Program-made: the position numbers and the translations under genes
NCBI GenBank assembly: GCA_040755455.1
Contig: JBFMAY010000001.1
Location: 96,001 to 160,000, forward strand
Origin: Thermodesulfobacteriota bacterium
GTDB taxonomy: Bacteria; Desulfobacterota; Desulfobulbia; Desulfobulbales; SURF-16
Reading direction: 5' to 3'
Length of the DNA: 64,000 nucleotides
Notes under the pieces: model-generated
The model's input: only the letters and a program-made list of their open reading frames with translations
Told to the model about the DNA's origin: nothing
Database searches by the model: none
Shown here: piece by piece, positions 40,498 through 50,597 of the stretch
How positions within the stretch are numbered: the stretch's first letter is position 1
Layout: each line of letters begins with the position of its first letter

Positions 40498-41961
40498 GTG
40501 ACAAAGCAGGCGGCAGAACTCCGATATGCAGTCCGTTTATCGGTTATTTTCAAGTATTTCGGGCAACTGTGTTTCGTGCTCGCGGCATTGACTGCTGTGA
40601 CCTTGCTGGTATCCCTGGTCTTCGGCGAGAGGAATATGAGCCAGCGCTATGCCATGGTGATCTGCATCCTCCTTGCCTTGGGCGCAGCCCTTTCTCGCCT
40701 TCCTGCTCCCTCCAGTGTGCAGGCTAATGAAGGCATGGTGTTGGTGGCCCTCATGTTCCTTTTCACGCCGCTCATCATGGCCTACCCGATGATGGGAGCG
40801 GGGCTGAGCTTTCCCGACGCGCTTTTTGAGGCCATCTCCGGGGTGACAACGACGGGACTCAGCACCATGACGACGCTTGCCGGGGCGCCTGCCACCTTTC
40901 TCTTTTCCCGCGCTTGGATGCAGTGGTATGGCGGACTGGGAATCGTCATCCTGTCCCTCGGTCTGGCGATGCAACCGGGTCTGGTGGCAAAAGGTTTGGC
41001 TGTCACCGAGGCCGAAGCCAATGATCTGGTCGGTGGGACAAGGGCCCATGCCCGGCGGGTCATGAAAGTCTATGTCGTCTTGACCGTTATCGGTATCTTC
41101 GGTGCGCTGCTGATTGGGGTCGGCTTGTTTGATGCGGTGCTGTATATTTTTCCCGCCGTATCCACTGGAGGGTTTGCCCCATACGACTCCAGTCTCTCCG
41201 TATTAGGCTGGCCCGTTCAGTTGTGGGTCAGCCTGGTATGCCTGTCCGGGGCGGTTTCGCTGGCCTTCTACCACAGGATTTACCGGCGAAGACACCTGAT
41301 GCCGGGGGATTTCTCTCAAGTACGGGCACTGCTGGTTGCCAGTCTGATCATTTCATTGCTGCTGGGCGCAAGCATGCGGTCAGGAAATGACATGCCTTGG
41401 GCATCGGTACTCCACCATGCGCCACAGCTGGCCGTTTCAGCCCAGACAACAGCAGGTTTCGCTTCCATGCCGTGCAAGCAGCTGAATGCCGACTCGAAGT
41501 TGATCCTCATCTTTTCCATGCTGGTGGGGGGAGGCGTGGGGGCCACCGCTGGTGGTTTTAAACTGCTGCGGCTGTTGATTGCGGCAAGCGTTTTTCGTTT
41601 TATCCTCGTGCGGACCTGTCTGCCGCGACATGCCGTGGTCGAACCCCGCCTGGAGGACCGTGTTCTGGAAGGAGATGAGATTCAGGAGGCGCTGCTGCTC
41701 ATTCTGCTGTTTATCGCTGTTGTCGCGCTCTCCTGGCTGTTTTTTGTGGTAATGGGGTTTGATCCCCTTGACTCATTATTTGAGGTGGTTTCGGCAACAG
41801 GGACGGTGGGGCTTTCTGTTGGAATAACCAGTGAATCGCTGCCCGCTCTGCTCAAGGGGGTTTTGTGCGTTGACATGCTCATGGGCAGGCTGGAAATCAT
41901 TGCCTGGCTGGTATTGATCTATCCGGGCACGTGGTTTGGCAGAAGAATGGAGGTCAAATGA
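40498..41961 (+). CDS. trkH: TrkH-family potassium uptake membrane protein
   Basis: FEAISGVTTTGLS, QWYGGLG, STGGF, TTAGF, SATGTVGLSVG, GRLE; GTG start after AAGGAG. Confidence 0.93.
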   Translation: MTKQAAELRYAVRLSVIFKYFGQLCFVLAALTAVTLLVSLVFGERNMSQRYAMVICILLALGAALSRLPAPSSVQANEGMVLVALMFLFTPLIMAYPMMGAGLSFPDALFEAISGVTTTGLSTMTTLAGAPATFLFSRAWMQWYGGLGIVILSLGLAMQPGLVAKGLAVTEAEANDLVGGTRAHARRVMKVYVVLTVIGIFGALLIGVGLFDAVLYIFPAVSTGGFAPYDSSLSVLGWPVQLWVSLVCLSGAVSLAFYHRIYRRRHLMPGDFSQVRALLVASLIISLLLGASMRSGNDMPWASVLHHAPQLAVSAQTTAGFASMPCKQLNADSKLILIFSMLVGGGVGATAGGFKLLRLLIAASVFRFILVRTCLPRHAVVEPRLEDRVLEGDEIQEALLLILLFIAVVALSWLFFVVMGFDPLDSLFEVVSATGTVGLSVGITSESLPALLKGVLCVDMLMGRLEIIAWLVLIYPGTWFGRRMEVK

Positions 41962-42641
41962 GAATTGTTTTCATCGGAGCCAGCGAGGTGAGCATTGGCA
42001 CAGCCAAGGCCCTGATCAGCAAAGGTCACGAGGTGGTCATTATCGAGACCGACAAGGTGAAGATCAGCGAGTTGTCCTCGCAGTTGGACTGCAGCTTTTT
42101 ACAGGGGGATGGAAGCAGGCCGGACATCCTGCGGGAGGTTAATCCCGAACAGACCGACGTCCTGGTTTGTCTGTCTAACAGCGATCAGGCAAACGTCATC
42201 GCCAGTCTTGTCGGTCGTTCCCTTGGGTTCAAACGGGTTGTCACAAGCATTGCGGATCCCCAGTTCGAGAGTATTTGTCTGGAGTTGGGGCTGAAGGATA
42301 CGATTATTCCTTCCCGTACCATCAGTCGTCATCTGGATGACATGATCGGCGGGGTGGAGAATCTTGAGCTGTCGGTGGTCATCAAGGATGAGGCCAGGTT
42401 TTTCACCCTGATTGCCAAGGAGGAGGATGCGGTGACCTCCAGGGAATTGAAACTGCCGGCTGATGCCAAGGTCGTCTGCTATTATCGGGATGACAAGTTT
42501 TTTCATGCCGACGAGGAAACAAGATTCCGCAAGGGCGATGAACTGGTCATTCTTACCCATAGCAAAAACATTCCCGAGTTGCAGGATCGCTGGCAAGGAA
42601 AACCCAAGGACAGAAGCAAGGATGAGCCGGCGGAGAAATAG
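41958..42641 (+). CDS. trkA: TrkA/KtrA-family RCK regulatory subunit
   Basis: GHEVVIIE, GDGSRPDIL, SDQAN; ATGA overlap with trkH. Confidence 0.9.
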   Translation: MRIVFIGASEVSIGTAKALISKGHEVVIIETDKVKISELSSQLDCSFLQGDGSRPDILREVNPEQTDVLVCLSNSDQANVIASLVGRSLGFKRVVTSIADPQFESICLELGLKDTIIPSRTISRHLDDMIGGVENLELSVVIKDEARFFTLIAKEEDAVTSRELKLPADAKVVCYYRDDKFFHADEETRFRKGDELVILTHSKNIPELQDRWQGKPKDRSKDEPAEK

Positions 42642-42660
42642 GCCAAGCCGACAGGTGTAG

Positions 42661-44016
42661 TTACCCCTTAGTGCTCTGGTGTCGATTTTTGCCGTCCCTC
42701 CCTGGGTTGCGCTGGCATATTTTCAGCATGCATGCCGCTGCGCCGGCAAGCAGTGCCAGTCCCGCCAGGCAGCCGGCCTGATAGAGCTGGGGATTCAGTG
42801 ACAGAGCCTCCTGCTCCCCGCCGTCGGTAAAGACCTGGGGATTGCTGCTGATCAGCCAGGCCGAACGGATGAAAACAGCCACGAGCACCGTCAGCCAGGC
42901 GGCCATTGCCGTGAGAGAAAGCAGGCGGCTTGCCGGCGCAAGCAGCAGCGAGCGCAGGTGATACTGAACAAGCTGCGGCGCTGTTGCCTCGCCCGTGCCT
43001 GCGGTCAGCTGCATAAACAGCGCTTGCTGCGCCGCTCCCTGCCGCATGGCGAAGGCGAGTTTCACGGCAAGGGCCACGAGCAGAAAGGGAAAGAGTTTGA
43101 TGAGATCAGTCAGCCGGAGCGGGAGAGGGCCGAAAGGCGACTCGATGGCTTTGAGCCGGTCAGACAGGAGCGTGATCCTGGCCCTGGTGTCAGCGATACT
43201 CCTGGTTAAGCCGGCAAGCTGCTCTTCCTGGCTGCGGCGCTGCCGGTTGGTTTCCTCAAGCAGCTCGCGGACCCTGTTTTCCAAGGGGGCGAAGGACGAC
43301 TCGATGTTGTCACGGATACCGGCGGCCACGTCCACCTTGCCGCCACTTCCCCCATAGGAATGCCAGAAGTCGGGATCAATGGCGGCGATATTTTTTTTCA
43401 CCGCGTCTACCGCGTTTTTACATATCTCATTCAGATCCTTTGCCCCATTGGTGCCGGCGCTGTCGAGTGCACTCACCGGCCTCACCACCCTTGTCTCCAG
43501 TTCGGCGAGCAATTCGGCAAACCGGTTACTGACATACCAGTTGACCGCTGCGGCAAAACTGGTGATTTCCGCCGGCAAAGTGATGGTGCTCCCCGGCAGT
43601 TCCTGCTGCATGTACTGCTGCTGGGCATACTGGCCGTATTGCGGGATATCGGGGGTATGAGGGAATTGACCGGCCAAGGGGTTGTCCCGCAGGTCGAGGG
43701 CTCTCTGGAGATCAGGAAGCGCGCCCCGCAGCTGATCCGGGAACTGGCGAAGGTCCTCGCGTATTTCCTGCAGGGCTGCAGCGGCAGACTGCTTCGCCTC
43801 GTTTATTTTTGCCGCCTCCTGCGAAAGAACATTGATGGACTGGGCCATGGCGGGCAGGGAGTTCTGCAGGGACTGTTCCCTGATTTTGAGCTGGAAGTAG
43901 GGCTCTACCACATAAAAATGGGCGGCAAGGGCAAAAAAGAGACCGACCAGGAAAAGCCGGTTGATCTCCTTGATGCTGGACCGGTAATCATTGAGAATAA
44001 CGTCGGAATCTGCCAT
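42661..44016 (-). CDS. Hypothetical membrane protein (N-terminal TM, long coiled-coil region, three C-terminal TMs)
   Basis: GGGGAGAGGG RBS; hydrophobic segments; Gln-rich and heptad-like middle region. Confidence 0.8.
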   Translation of the reverse strand: MADSDVILNDYRSSIKEINRLFLVGLFFALAAHFYVVEPYFQLKIREQSLQNSLPAMAQSINVLSQEAAKINEAKQSAAAALQEIREDLRQFPDQLRGALPDLQRALDLRDNPLAGQFPHTPDIPQYGQYAQQQYMQQELPGSTITLPAEITSFAAAVNWYVSNRFAELLAELETRVVRPVSALDSAGTNGAKDLNEICKNAVDAVKKNIAAIDPDFWHSYGGSGGKVDVAAGIRDNIESSFAPLENRVRELLEETNRQRRSQEEQLAGLTRSIADTRARITLLSDRLKAIESPFGPLPLRLTDLIKLFPFLLVALAVKLAFAMRQGAAQQALFMQLTAGTGEATAPQLVQYHLRSLLLAPASRLLSLTAMAAWLTVLVAVFIRSAWLISSNPQVFTDGGEQEALSLNPQLYQAGCLAGLALLAGAAACMLKICQRNPGRDGKNRHQSTKG

Positions 44017-44026
44017 CCCTCTCCCC

Positions 44027-45547
44027 TTATTGCTTCTCAATTTTCCTCTGGCCGGCAATGTCACGCCCCATGCCGGTGAAGATCCACTGGCCTTTTTCCT
44101 TTGCGGCGTTCACCGACAATAGCAGGGTGATCAGGCTCCCGTCCCGGTGCAGGGCGGTTACCTCCTGCCGTTTGCCGATCATGCCGGCCCCGCCGCCGGC
44201 AAGGAATTGTTTGATATGCCGGTCATGCTCTGCCGCCACTGGCGGGGGCATAAGCATGGTAATGCTGCGGCCGATTGCCGCCTCCGGCCTGTAGCCGAAT
44301 ATTTCCGCTGCTGCCGGATTAAATGATGTGATGAGCCCCTGTTCGTCAATGCTGATGATCCCTTCCGTGGCGTTATCCAGCAGGGCCTGCAGGCGCATCT
44401 CCCGTTCCTGCAGTTTTTGCCGGGCGGCATTGCGTTGGGCTGTGACGCCGGCAAGCAGCCAGGCAGTGACGGCAAAGAGCAGCAGGAGAATGCCGTCGAT
44501 GAAGAGGAGGTTTCTGCCCAGGGGAATAGAGGAGCTTTCGCTTGCGATTTTTTTGGGCACCAATGAAATGAGTTTCCAGTAATGATTCTCATTTTCTCCT
44601 GAAAAGCAACCGCATGGCCCGGATGCGTTCAGGTAGGCCCTACTTGGCTCAAGTACGCTTAGCTGCGGGTAGAAGGTAATATGGGTGAAAAGACCAGCCT
44701 GGTCGGCGCTATGGCCGTTTTCCGTGAAGGAAATGCTTTCCCAGACAGAGGGGAAACGTGCCTGAAAGGTCTGGTCTTTCCTGTCAGGATACAGGAATCC
44801 CCATTCCGCCTGGGGAGTCGGGCCAAGGAGCCAGTACCCTTGCTTGTTGAGGAGATAAATGGCTCTCCGGCCATCTTCGGCAAGTTTTTTGAGCGGTTGC
44901 AGCAGGTGGCTGCCGAGATAGTTTAAAATAATGACGCCCCTCTTCTGGCCGGAACGGTCAAACACAGGGATGCCGAAGGTAATCACCGGGGCAGGCGGAT
45001 TGCCGATTTTGCCCGGGTCACTGTTCAGGGCAAACGGGGACATATAGAATTCGCCCTCCTGCAGCTTGAGGGTATTCACGAAATCGTCGCGGTTGGCCGC
45101 CTGCTGCAGCTCGTCTTTGGGGACAACCTGCGGGAGGCCGTTATTGTAGTTGATGCGGATGATTTCCATGCCCTGCCGGTCAATAAAGCGGAGTCGGTCA
45201 TAGATCTGCCGGTGGCTGGCGAAGGCAAGAAATTCGGCTGAGAGGGCGGTGCAGGAATTTTTTGTTCCACTGTCAAGAAAGGCGGGCATCTCCTGGTGGG
45301 ACGACAGAACCCTCAGGTCCGAGACAATGGCTTTGAGGGAGTTCCGTAATGTTTCCCGCTGGTTTTCCAGCAGGAACAGTTCATTGTTTTTCAGCAGTTC
45401 CTCTCTGGCGGCTGATTCTTGCTGGTAAAAGATGATGGAAAGCACGGCAACAACAAGGGTGGCCGGCAGAAAAATAACAAGAAAGTTTTTGAGGCGGGCC
45501 TTGTTATTTCCCTTGGGGATGTGTGAAAAACTCGTGCCGTTCATCAT
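44027..45547 (-). CDS. Cache-PAS membrane sensor lacking an output domain
   Basis: TM-dCache-TM-PAS (LLDNATEGII, FNPAAAEIFGY); ends RDIAGQRKIEKQ followed by stop. Confidence 0.85.
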   Translation of the reverse strand: MMNGTSFSHIPKGNNKARLKNFLVIFLPATLVVAVLSIIFYQQESAAREELLKNNELFLLENQRETLRNSLKAIVSDLRVLSSHQEMPAFLDSGTKNSCTALSAEFLAFASHRQIYDRLRFIDRQGMEIIRINYNNGLPQVVPKDELQQAANRDDFVNTLKLQEGEFYMSPFALNSDPGKIGNPPAPVITFGIPVFDRSGQKRGVIILNYLGSHLLQPLKKLAEDGRRAIYLLNKQGYWLLGPTPQAEWGFLYPDRKDQTFQARFPSVWESISFTENGHSADQAGLFTHITFYPQLSVLEPSRAYLNASGPCGCFSGENENHYWKLISLVPKKIASESSSIPLGRNLLFIDGILLLLFAVTAWLLAGVTAQRNAARQKLQEREMRLQALLDNATEGIISIDEQGLITSFNPAAAEIFGYRPEAAIGRSITMLMPPPVAAEHDRHIKQFLAGGGAGMIGKRQEVTALHRDGSLITLLLSVNAAKEKGQWIFTGMGRDIAGQRKIEKQ

Positions 45548-45680
45548 GAAAAAACCCTGTGCTGGAGGAGGTAAGCAACCTCTGTAATTCTATTGGCAAA
45601 ACCGGGACATGGCAAGGCAAATTCCGGGGGGTGTTCTTTTCTTGCTTTACCATTGATAATAAGTGCTATAAATTGAATGC

Positions 45681-48600
45681 ATGAATTGTTCCGATATAAC
45701 ACTTACTCAGGATAACTCCCCGCGTTTGCTTAAAAATGTCGTCTTGTTCGGCGTCAGCATCGGCCTGTTTCTCCTTTCTCTGTCCTGGTGGTCCTTCACG
45801 AAAATGAATGCGGAAAGGGCTCTCTATCGATCTCTGCAGCAGGAAATGCTTGCCCTGGAAAAGGATGTCAACCGGGTGGTGCTGCTGGAACGGGACGTCA
45901 TTAATCAGCTCCAGGAAAAAGGGCAGCCGGAGGTTGGGGGGAGCAAGCAGCCGGATTTGTCGGACGTGCTGGGCAAATACCAGCATCTGGCTGATAAGAC
46001 CCGGACCGGAGGACTTTTTGCGGATTTCCGGCAGGCCATGCAGAGCCTGGAGGAAATCCGGACACAGAGCGCTGACTGGCGCCGCCGTTACAATCTGCTC
46101 CTCGATGAGCACATGCAGGTTGCCGGGGCGCATCACGATCTGCTGGCCGGGATCCAGCAGGAGCTTGCCGCGCTTGAAGAGCGGCAGCGGAAAAAGGCGG
46201 GAGGCGGGCCGGACAGGTTGCTCCGCAGGGACCGGCAAAGCGGGGGCCCTCTTCGGCAGGGGGTGGAGGAAAATGAGCTACTTGTCACCCTTGCCCGGAT
46301 GCGTCATGATGTGGAGACACTTGCCCTCCTCAGTGAATTGATGGCAGTGGAGAGGGACCCGGCCCATCTGGACACCATGCAAAGCAAGCACATGCAGAAG
46401 CTGCTGGCTGAGATTGCCGGCAGCATGCATTTCCTCAACCAGCATATGCCGGGCGAGCTGGTGGTGCTTACCGGGCAACTGGACCGGTTTGCCGCGGGTT
46501 TCTGGGGGGGGGATTACCGGCAAGGGCCGGAAGGCGACATCATCGCCCCCGGCCCGGGCAGCTTTTATCATTTCCACCGGCAGCGGATCGTGCTTGAACA
46601 GGAGCATGAGCAACTGAAGGATCATCTGTTCCAGGATTTCATGGTCGTCCGCACCGCCCAGCAGAATTTGACGGACAGGGCCGGCAAATATCTGGAAATG
46701 GAAAGCCGCAGGATGCAGAAGACCCAGGACCGCACCTGGCTGATCATTGTCCTGACCAGTCTTGCCCTGGCGTTTCTTTTTCTGCTCTTTTCGCGCAGAA
46801 TCATCCGCATCTGTGAAAAAAGGATTGCGGAACGCAGCGCCATGATCAGCGAGCTCGGGAATTCCCACCGCCTGCTTGAGCGGATTTTTCAGACAGCCGG
46901 CAACGGCTTGCGCATGATTGATAAGGATTTCAAGGTATTAATGGTCAATGATGTCTTTGCTGCATTGACGGGGATGAATAAAGAGACCATGGTGGGCGAC
47001 AAATGTTTTGAGGAATTTCCCGGTCCATACTGCCATACCGCCCAGTGTCCCCTTCTTCTTCTGCGGGATGGCCAGGAAAGAATTGAGTTTGCCGTGGAGA
47101 AAACCCGGGCCGACGGGAAAGTGGTCACCTGTCTGCTCAGGGCCAGCCCACTGCGCAATGAACAGGGTGAGTATCTGGGCATTATCGAAGATTTCCAAGA
47201 TATCAGCGATGCGCTGCTGGCGGAGAAGACCCTGCGTCAGGCCAAGGAAGAGGCGGAGGCGGCCAATGCGATCAAGAGCGAATTCCTGGCCAACATGAGC
47301 CATGAAATACGCACCCCCTTAAACGGCATTATGGGCATGACCGACCTGGTGCTGAGTACCCAGCTCTCTTCTGATCAGCGCCGGTTTGTGGAAATGGTGA
47401 AAACCTCCGCCAACCGGCTGCTGGATGTGGTCAATGAAGTGCTTGATTTTTCCAAGATTGAGGCCGGTTCCTTGGAAATTGAACATATTCCGTTCAGCCT
47501 GTCTGATGTCGTCGGTAACTCATTGCATATTCTGGCCTTCAAGGCCCAGGACAAGGGTCTGCAGCTCACCTATGAAATGGAGCATGAGCTCGTTGACGGT
47601 TTTATCGGTGATCCGGGCCGCCTGCGGCAGATTCTTGTCAGTCTGGTGGGCAACGGCATTAAATTCACCAGGGAGGGAAAGGTTACGGTTACGGTAAGGC
47701 GCGTTAAACCGGATGAGCATCCTGAACGGATAATGATGGAGCAAGGGGTGAGGGACATGGCCCTGCATTTCACCGTGGCGGATACCGGCATCGGCATCGC
47801 CCCTGAGGTGCAGGAAAAGATTTTCAAGGCCTTCAGCCAGGTTGACGGTTCCTTTTCACGCAAACATGGCGGCGCCGGGCTTGGGCTGGCCATCTGCGCC
47901 GAACTGGTTGCCATGATGGGTGGCGAAATATGGCTGGAGAGTCAGGCGGGGGCCGGAACCACCTTTCATTTTACTCTGCTCCTGCAGACCCAGGCCGTGC
48001 AAGCCCAAAAGTTCGAGCCCCTGCCGCTCAGTGTTCTGCAGCGCATGACCTTTCTGTTGGTTGCCAGCAATGCCTCGGGCCGTATTGTGTTAAAGGAGAT
48101 GCTCAGTGAATGGGCGGGAGAGGTTCTCATTGCCAGTTCAGCTGCCGAGGCCCTGCAGATGGCGGCCGCAAGACAATTCAACGTCGTCATCCTGGATTCA
48201 CTGCCTGCGCATGATCAGCTGTTTGCCGTTGCGCAGAGGCTGCACCACATTGACGCCAATGCCAGGATCATCATGCTGACCGCCGCCGGCCAGCGGGGTG
48301 ATGCGCTGCGCTGCCGGGAGGTCGGCATCGTCTCCTATCTGCTCAAGCCGGTGAGCAAGACCGAACTGCTTGAGGCGATGCGCACGGTGCTGAGCAGACC
48401 GGGAGCGGACGGGATGGAGCTGCCGCTGGTGACCCGGCATTCCATCAGGGAAAATCAGCACACGCTCAATGTGCTGCTGGCGGAAGATGAGGAGATCAAC
48501 AGGGTGCTGGCCGTTGAACTGATCCGTGGGGAAGGATGGCGGGTGACCACGGCGGAAAACGGCAGGCAGGTTCTCGATGCCCTGAAGAATGATTCCTTCC

Positions 48601-49226
48601 ATGTCATTTTAATGGACTTGCAGATGCCGGAAATGGACGGATTCGAGGCGGTCTCGCTGATCCGCAAAAGGGAGAAGCAGAGCGGGCAGCATATTCCGGT
48701 TATCGCCTTGACCGCCCATGCCATGACCATCGACCGGCAGAGGTGCCTTGATGCGGGAATGGATGGTTATGTGGCCAAGCCCATCGACAGGCAGATCCTC
48801 AAGCGGGAAATTGAGCAGGTCCTCGGAATGGACCTGACCATGAAAACAGTGACCCTCACCCCGAAGAAAAAGGGAACGGAATTTATTGATTACGATGCCT
48901 TCCTCTATGAAAGCTGTAACGGCAAAGTGGAGCTTGCCAGAAAACTGCTCAGACACCTGCTGCAGGTGAGCGGCCCCCAGTGGCTGAAAGAGGCTGAGGC
49001 GGCGGTGGCGGCCGGTGATGCGGCGAGGATTAGAAAGGTATGCCATTCCCTGAAGGGTACCGCTGCCACGGTTTGCGCCCATGCCTTTTCCGAAGCCGGG
49101 GCGGAGCTGGGCCGGCTTGCCCGGGAAGGCAGAATGAATGAGACGCCCAGAGGGCTCGAAGGGCTCAAGAAAGAATTTAACCGGATTGTGGAATGGGCCA
49201 GGTCCAGCGAGCTTGATCTGATTTAA
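45681..49226 (+). CDS. Unorthodox hybrid histidine kinase (periplasmic helical sensor-PAS-HisKA-HATPase-degenerate REC-REC-Hpt)
   Basis: [38 protein letters not shown]. Confidence 0.93.
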   Translation: MNCSDITLTQDNSPRLLKNVVLFGVSIGLFLLSLSWWSFTKMNAERALYRSLQQEMLALEKDVNRVVLLERDVINQLQEKGQPEVGGSKQPDLSDVLGKYQHLADKTRTGGLFADFRQAMQSLEEIRTQSADWRRRYNLLLDEHMQVAGAHHDLLAGIQQELAALEERQRKKAGGGPDRLLRRDRQSGGPLRQGVEENELLVTLARMRHDVETLALLSELMAVERDPAHLDTMQSKHMQKLLAEIAGSMHFLNQHMPGELVVLTGQLDRFAAGFWGGDYRQGPEGDIIAPGPGSFYHFHRQRIVLEQEHEQLKDHLFQDFMVVRTAQQNLTDRAGKYLEMESRRMQKTQDRTWLIIVLTSLALAFLFLLFSRRIIRICEKRIAERSAMISELGNSHRLLERIFQTAGNGLRMIDKDFKVLMVNDVFAALTGMNKETMVGDKCFEEFPGPYCHTAQCPLLLLRDGQERIEFAVEKTRADGKVVTCLLRASPLRNEQGEYLGIIEDFQDISDALLAEKTLRQAKEEAEAANAIKSEFLANMSHEIRTPLNGIMGMTDLVLSTQLSSDQRRFVEMVKTSANRLLDVVNEVLDFSKIEAGSLEIEHIPFSLSDVVGNSLHILAFKAQDKGLQLTYEMEHELVDGFIGDPGRLRQILVSLVGNGIKFTREGKVTVTVRRVKPDEHPERIMMEQGVRDMALHFTVADTGIGIAPEVQEKIFKAFSQVDGSFSRKHGGAGLGLAICAELVAMMGGEIWLESQAGAGTTFHFTLLLQTQAVQAQKFEPLPLSVLQRMTFLLVASNASGRIVLKEMLSEWAGEVLIASSAAEALQMAAARQFNVVILDSLPAHDQLFAVAQRLHHIDANARIIMLTAAGQRGDALRCREVGIVSYLLKPVSKTELLEAMRTVLSRPGADGMELPLVTRHSIRENQHTLNVLLAEDEEINRVLAVELIRGEGWRVTTAENGRQVLDALKNDSFHVILMDLQMPEMDGFEAVSLIRKREKQSGQHIPVIALTAHAMTIDRQRCLDAGMDGYVAKPIDRQILKREIEQVLGMDLTMKTVTLTPKKKGTEFIDYDAFLYESCNGKVELARKLLRHLLQVSGPQWLKEAEAAVAAGDAARIRKVCHSLKGTAATVCAHAFSEAGAELGRLAREGRMNETPRGLEGLKKEFNRIVEWARSSELDLI

Positions 49227-49337
49227 CAACAGGCACAAGGCAAAAGGGAAAAGTGGGAAGTGAGAAGAAAAACCTTTACACAAAATTCATGCGAGAGCAT
49301 CATTTCTTGCCTTATGGCTCCTGACTACTAAAAAATC

Positions 49338-50597
49338 ATGTTCAAATTCCTCCATACCGCCGACATTCACCTGGACAGCCCGTTGAAAGGCCTGGAGTCC
49401 TACGGGGACGCCCCGGTGGCAGAGATCCGCGGGGCCTCGCGCCGGGCCTTTGACAACCTCGTTGCCTGCGCCATCGACGAGGAGGTCGATTTTATCCTCA
49501 TTGCCGGCGATCTGTATGACGGGGAGTGGAAGGATTACAACACCGGCCTCTTTTTCGTCAACCGCATGGGCCGTCTGCGCAGGGCCGGCATCCGGGTTTT
49601 CATCGTCGCCGGCAATCATGATGCCGCAAGTCATACCACCAGGACATTGCCCCTGCCGGATAATGTCAACCTCTTTTCCGCGAAAAAGGCGGAGACAAAA
49701 CTGCTGGACGAACTTAAGGTGGCCATCCATGGCCGGAGCTATCCTGCCAGGGCCGTCAGCGACAACCTCGCTTTACAGTATCCGGCCAAGCATGCCGGTT
49801 ATTTCAATATCGGCCTGTTGCATACCGCCCTCACCGGGCGCGTTGGCCATGAACCCTATGCGCCCTGTGCGCTGGATGACCTGCGCGCCAGAGCATACGA
49901 CTACTGGGCCCTTGGTCATGTGCACCAGCCGGAGGTGGTGGCGCGGGACCCATGGATCATCTTTCCGGGTATTATTCAGGGCCGCCATATCCGGGAGGTT
50001 GGTGCGAAAGGGGCTGCGCTGGTAACCGTTGAGGAGGGCAGGGTGACGGCGGTGGAACAGCGGGAATTTGATGTGCTGCGCTGGGCCCTGGGCCGGGTTG
50101 ATGTATCGGCCTGCACGACGGTTGATGCGGTTTTCGGCCAGGTGCGGCAGGCGATTGAGGCGGAGCGGATGGCAGGGGATGGCCGGCCGCTGGCCATGCG
50201 GCTGATCCTGGCCGGCGTCTGTACCGTGCATGCCGAGCTCATCGACCGCTCCGCCCGGCTGATCGAGGAGCTGCGCGGCGTGGCCGCGGCCAGCGGGGAG
50301 GTGTGGCTGGAGAAGGTGCTGGTGCAGACCCGGCGCGGGACGGAGCTGGCCGCAGTGGTCGGCCGGGATACCGCCCTGGCCGGTCTGCTCCGCACGCTGG
50401 ATGATCTGCCGCTGCGTGCCGAGGCGCTCTTTGCCCTGGTGCCGGAGCTGGCGGCGTTGAAAAGCAGACTGCCCATTGAGCTTTTTGAGGGTGACGAACC
50501 TTTCCTGGCCCCTATTCCGGAGCAGATAGAGGCTTTGCGGGCCGAGGTCAAAGAGCTGCTGGGGGCCAGACTGCTGCGGCATGGAGACCAGGGATGA
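49338..50597 (+). CDS. Mre11/SbcD-like metallophosphoesterase nuclease (YhaO family)
   Basis: HTADIHLDSP, AGDLYD, GNHD, LLHT, ALGHVH, QGRH. Confidence 0.93.
   Translation: MFKFLHTADIHLDSPLKGLESYGDAPVAEIRGASRRAFDNLVACAIDEEVDFILIAGDLYDGEWKDYNTGLFFVNRMGRLRRAGIRVFIVAGNHDAASHTTRTLPLPDNVNLFSAKKAETKLLDELKVAIHGRSYPARAVSDNLALQYPAKHAGYFNIGLLHTALTGRVGHEPYAPCALDDLRARAYDYWALGHVHQPEVVARDPWIIFPGIIQGRHIREVGAKGAALVTVEEGRVTAVEQREFDVLRWALGRVDVSACTTVDAVFGQVRQAIEAERMAGDGRPLAMRLILAGVCTVHAELIDRSARLIEELRGVAAASGEVWLEKVLVQTRRGTELAAVVGRDTALAGLLRTLDDLPLRAEALFALVPELAALKSRLPIELFEGDEPFLAPIPEQIEALRAEVKELLGARLLRHGDQG

Noticed and set aside
45590..45635. GGCAAAACC...GGCAAA resembling a c-di-GMP-I riboswitch
   Set aside because: No GNRA-capped P2 stem or P3 receptor can be built.
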